From Camelus ferus (lineage: Eukaryota): a DNA stretch of 64,000 nt. Location: positions 310,001 to 374,000 of the forward strand of contig NC_045723.1 of the NCBI RefSeq assembly GCF_009834535.1, in the 5' to 3' direction. This document shows, piece by piece, positions 63,583 through 64,000 of this stretch. Each line of letters starts with the position of its first letter. The stretch's first letter is position 1. Position numbers and translations under genes: made by a program. Under the pieces are notes generated by a model. That model ran no database searches. It was not told the origin of the DNA and worked only from the letters and a program-made list of their open reading frames with translations.

Positions 63583-63703
63583 CTGGCGGACGATCAGGGT
63601 GCCCTCCTTGGACGGGGTCATGGCTGGTTCGCTTTCCACGTCGTCGTGGACAATCATGGTTTTCACGGACTCCGTTTCCCCGTTGCTCAAATTCAGAGAT
63701 GAC
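63583..63703 (-). CDS. MAP4K4: MAP4K4 internal coding exon ([41 protein letters not shown])
   Basis: Acceptor ctttgtctcgatag|g and donor cag|gtaccc. Length 121 nt = 1 + 40 codons. Translation matches recalled MAP4K4 interdomain sequence (ORF 63532..63735). Confidence 0.96.
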
Positions 63704-64000
63704 CTATCGAGACAAAGTCCGGAAGTGAAGGCCATAACCCACGAGTTGAAGATACACCGTTTAGATTGTTCACCTTCTCAGAGTCCTAAGATGAGATCAG
63801 GCTGCAGATATAAACCTTCCTCGAGGTAACTGAGTTGCAATTTCCCTTTTATAGTGAAGAAATGAAAACAGACACACAGAGGGTGGTGGACAGAGGCACA
63901 GACACGCACACCAGGGCAGAGAAGGGGACATAAGGCCATCTCCTGGCTCCAATGGAACGTTAGGTGTTCACAGGTCCTAGGAGAGGCTTGGAAAACCCCG

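Noticed and set aside
46718-63703. TNIK or MINK1 as the gene identity
   Set aside because: Diagnostic residues ([39 protein letters not shown]) and the 3' UTR blocks match recalled MAP4K4, not its paralogues.
1-64000. CRISPR array, operon or other prokaryote-type system
   Set aside because: Spliced vertebrate gene and mammalian repeats throughout; no regularly spaced repeat-spacer array seen.

Overview
Mammalian genomic DNA, most likely camelid (alpaca/camel), judged from three copies of a tRNA-Ala-derived SINE that I recognise as the camelid type. The right third (minus strand, ~43.6-63.7 kb) holds the 3' end of MAP4K4 (HGK/NIK): 11 coding exons covering the end of the interdomain region and the whole CNH domain, a stop at 46718-46720, and a ~3.1 kb 3' UTR. 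Nine exons are fully readable, with GT-AG boundaries and consistent phases. Two lie largely inside N-runs whose lengths fit the expected exons. The left 43 kb is intergenic (toward the IL1R2/IL1R1 cluster if human synteny holds). It contains ancient and lineage-specific repeats (MIR, L2, L1, MLT1, MER5, Tigger1-derived, ERV LTRs), CpG-rich patches, a 24-bp minisatellite and a perfect hairpin. I find no second protein-coding gene and no prokaryote-type system. The most interesting signals are post-transcriptional: (i) a 13-bp intronic inverted repeat juxtaposing RBFOX and QKI-like motifs downstream of a cassette exon; (ii) a 24-nt alternative donor inside the CNH domain; (iii) a possible intronic-polyadenylation isoform whose stop codon overlaps AATAAA; (iv) tandem poly(A) signals that partition miRNA seed sites; (v) one exon with ~98% GC3. 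Family names, human isoform sequences and miRNA seeds are from memory, not database searches, and repeat boundaries are approximate.
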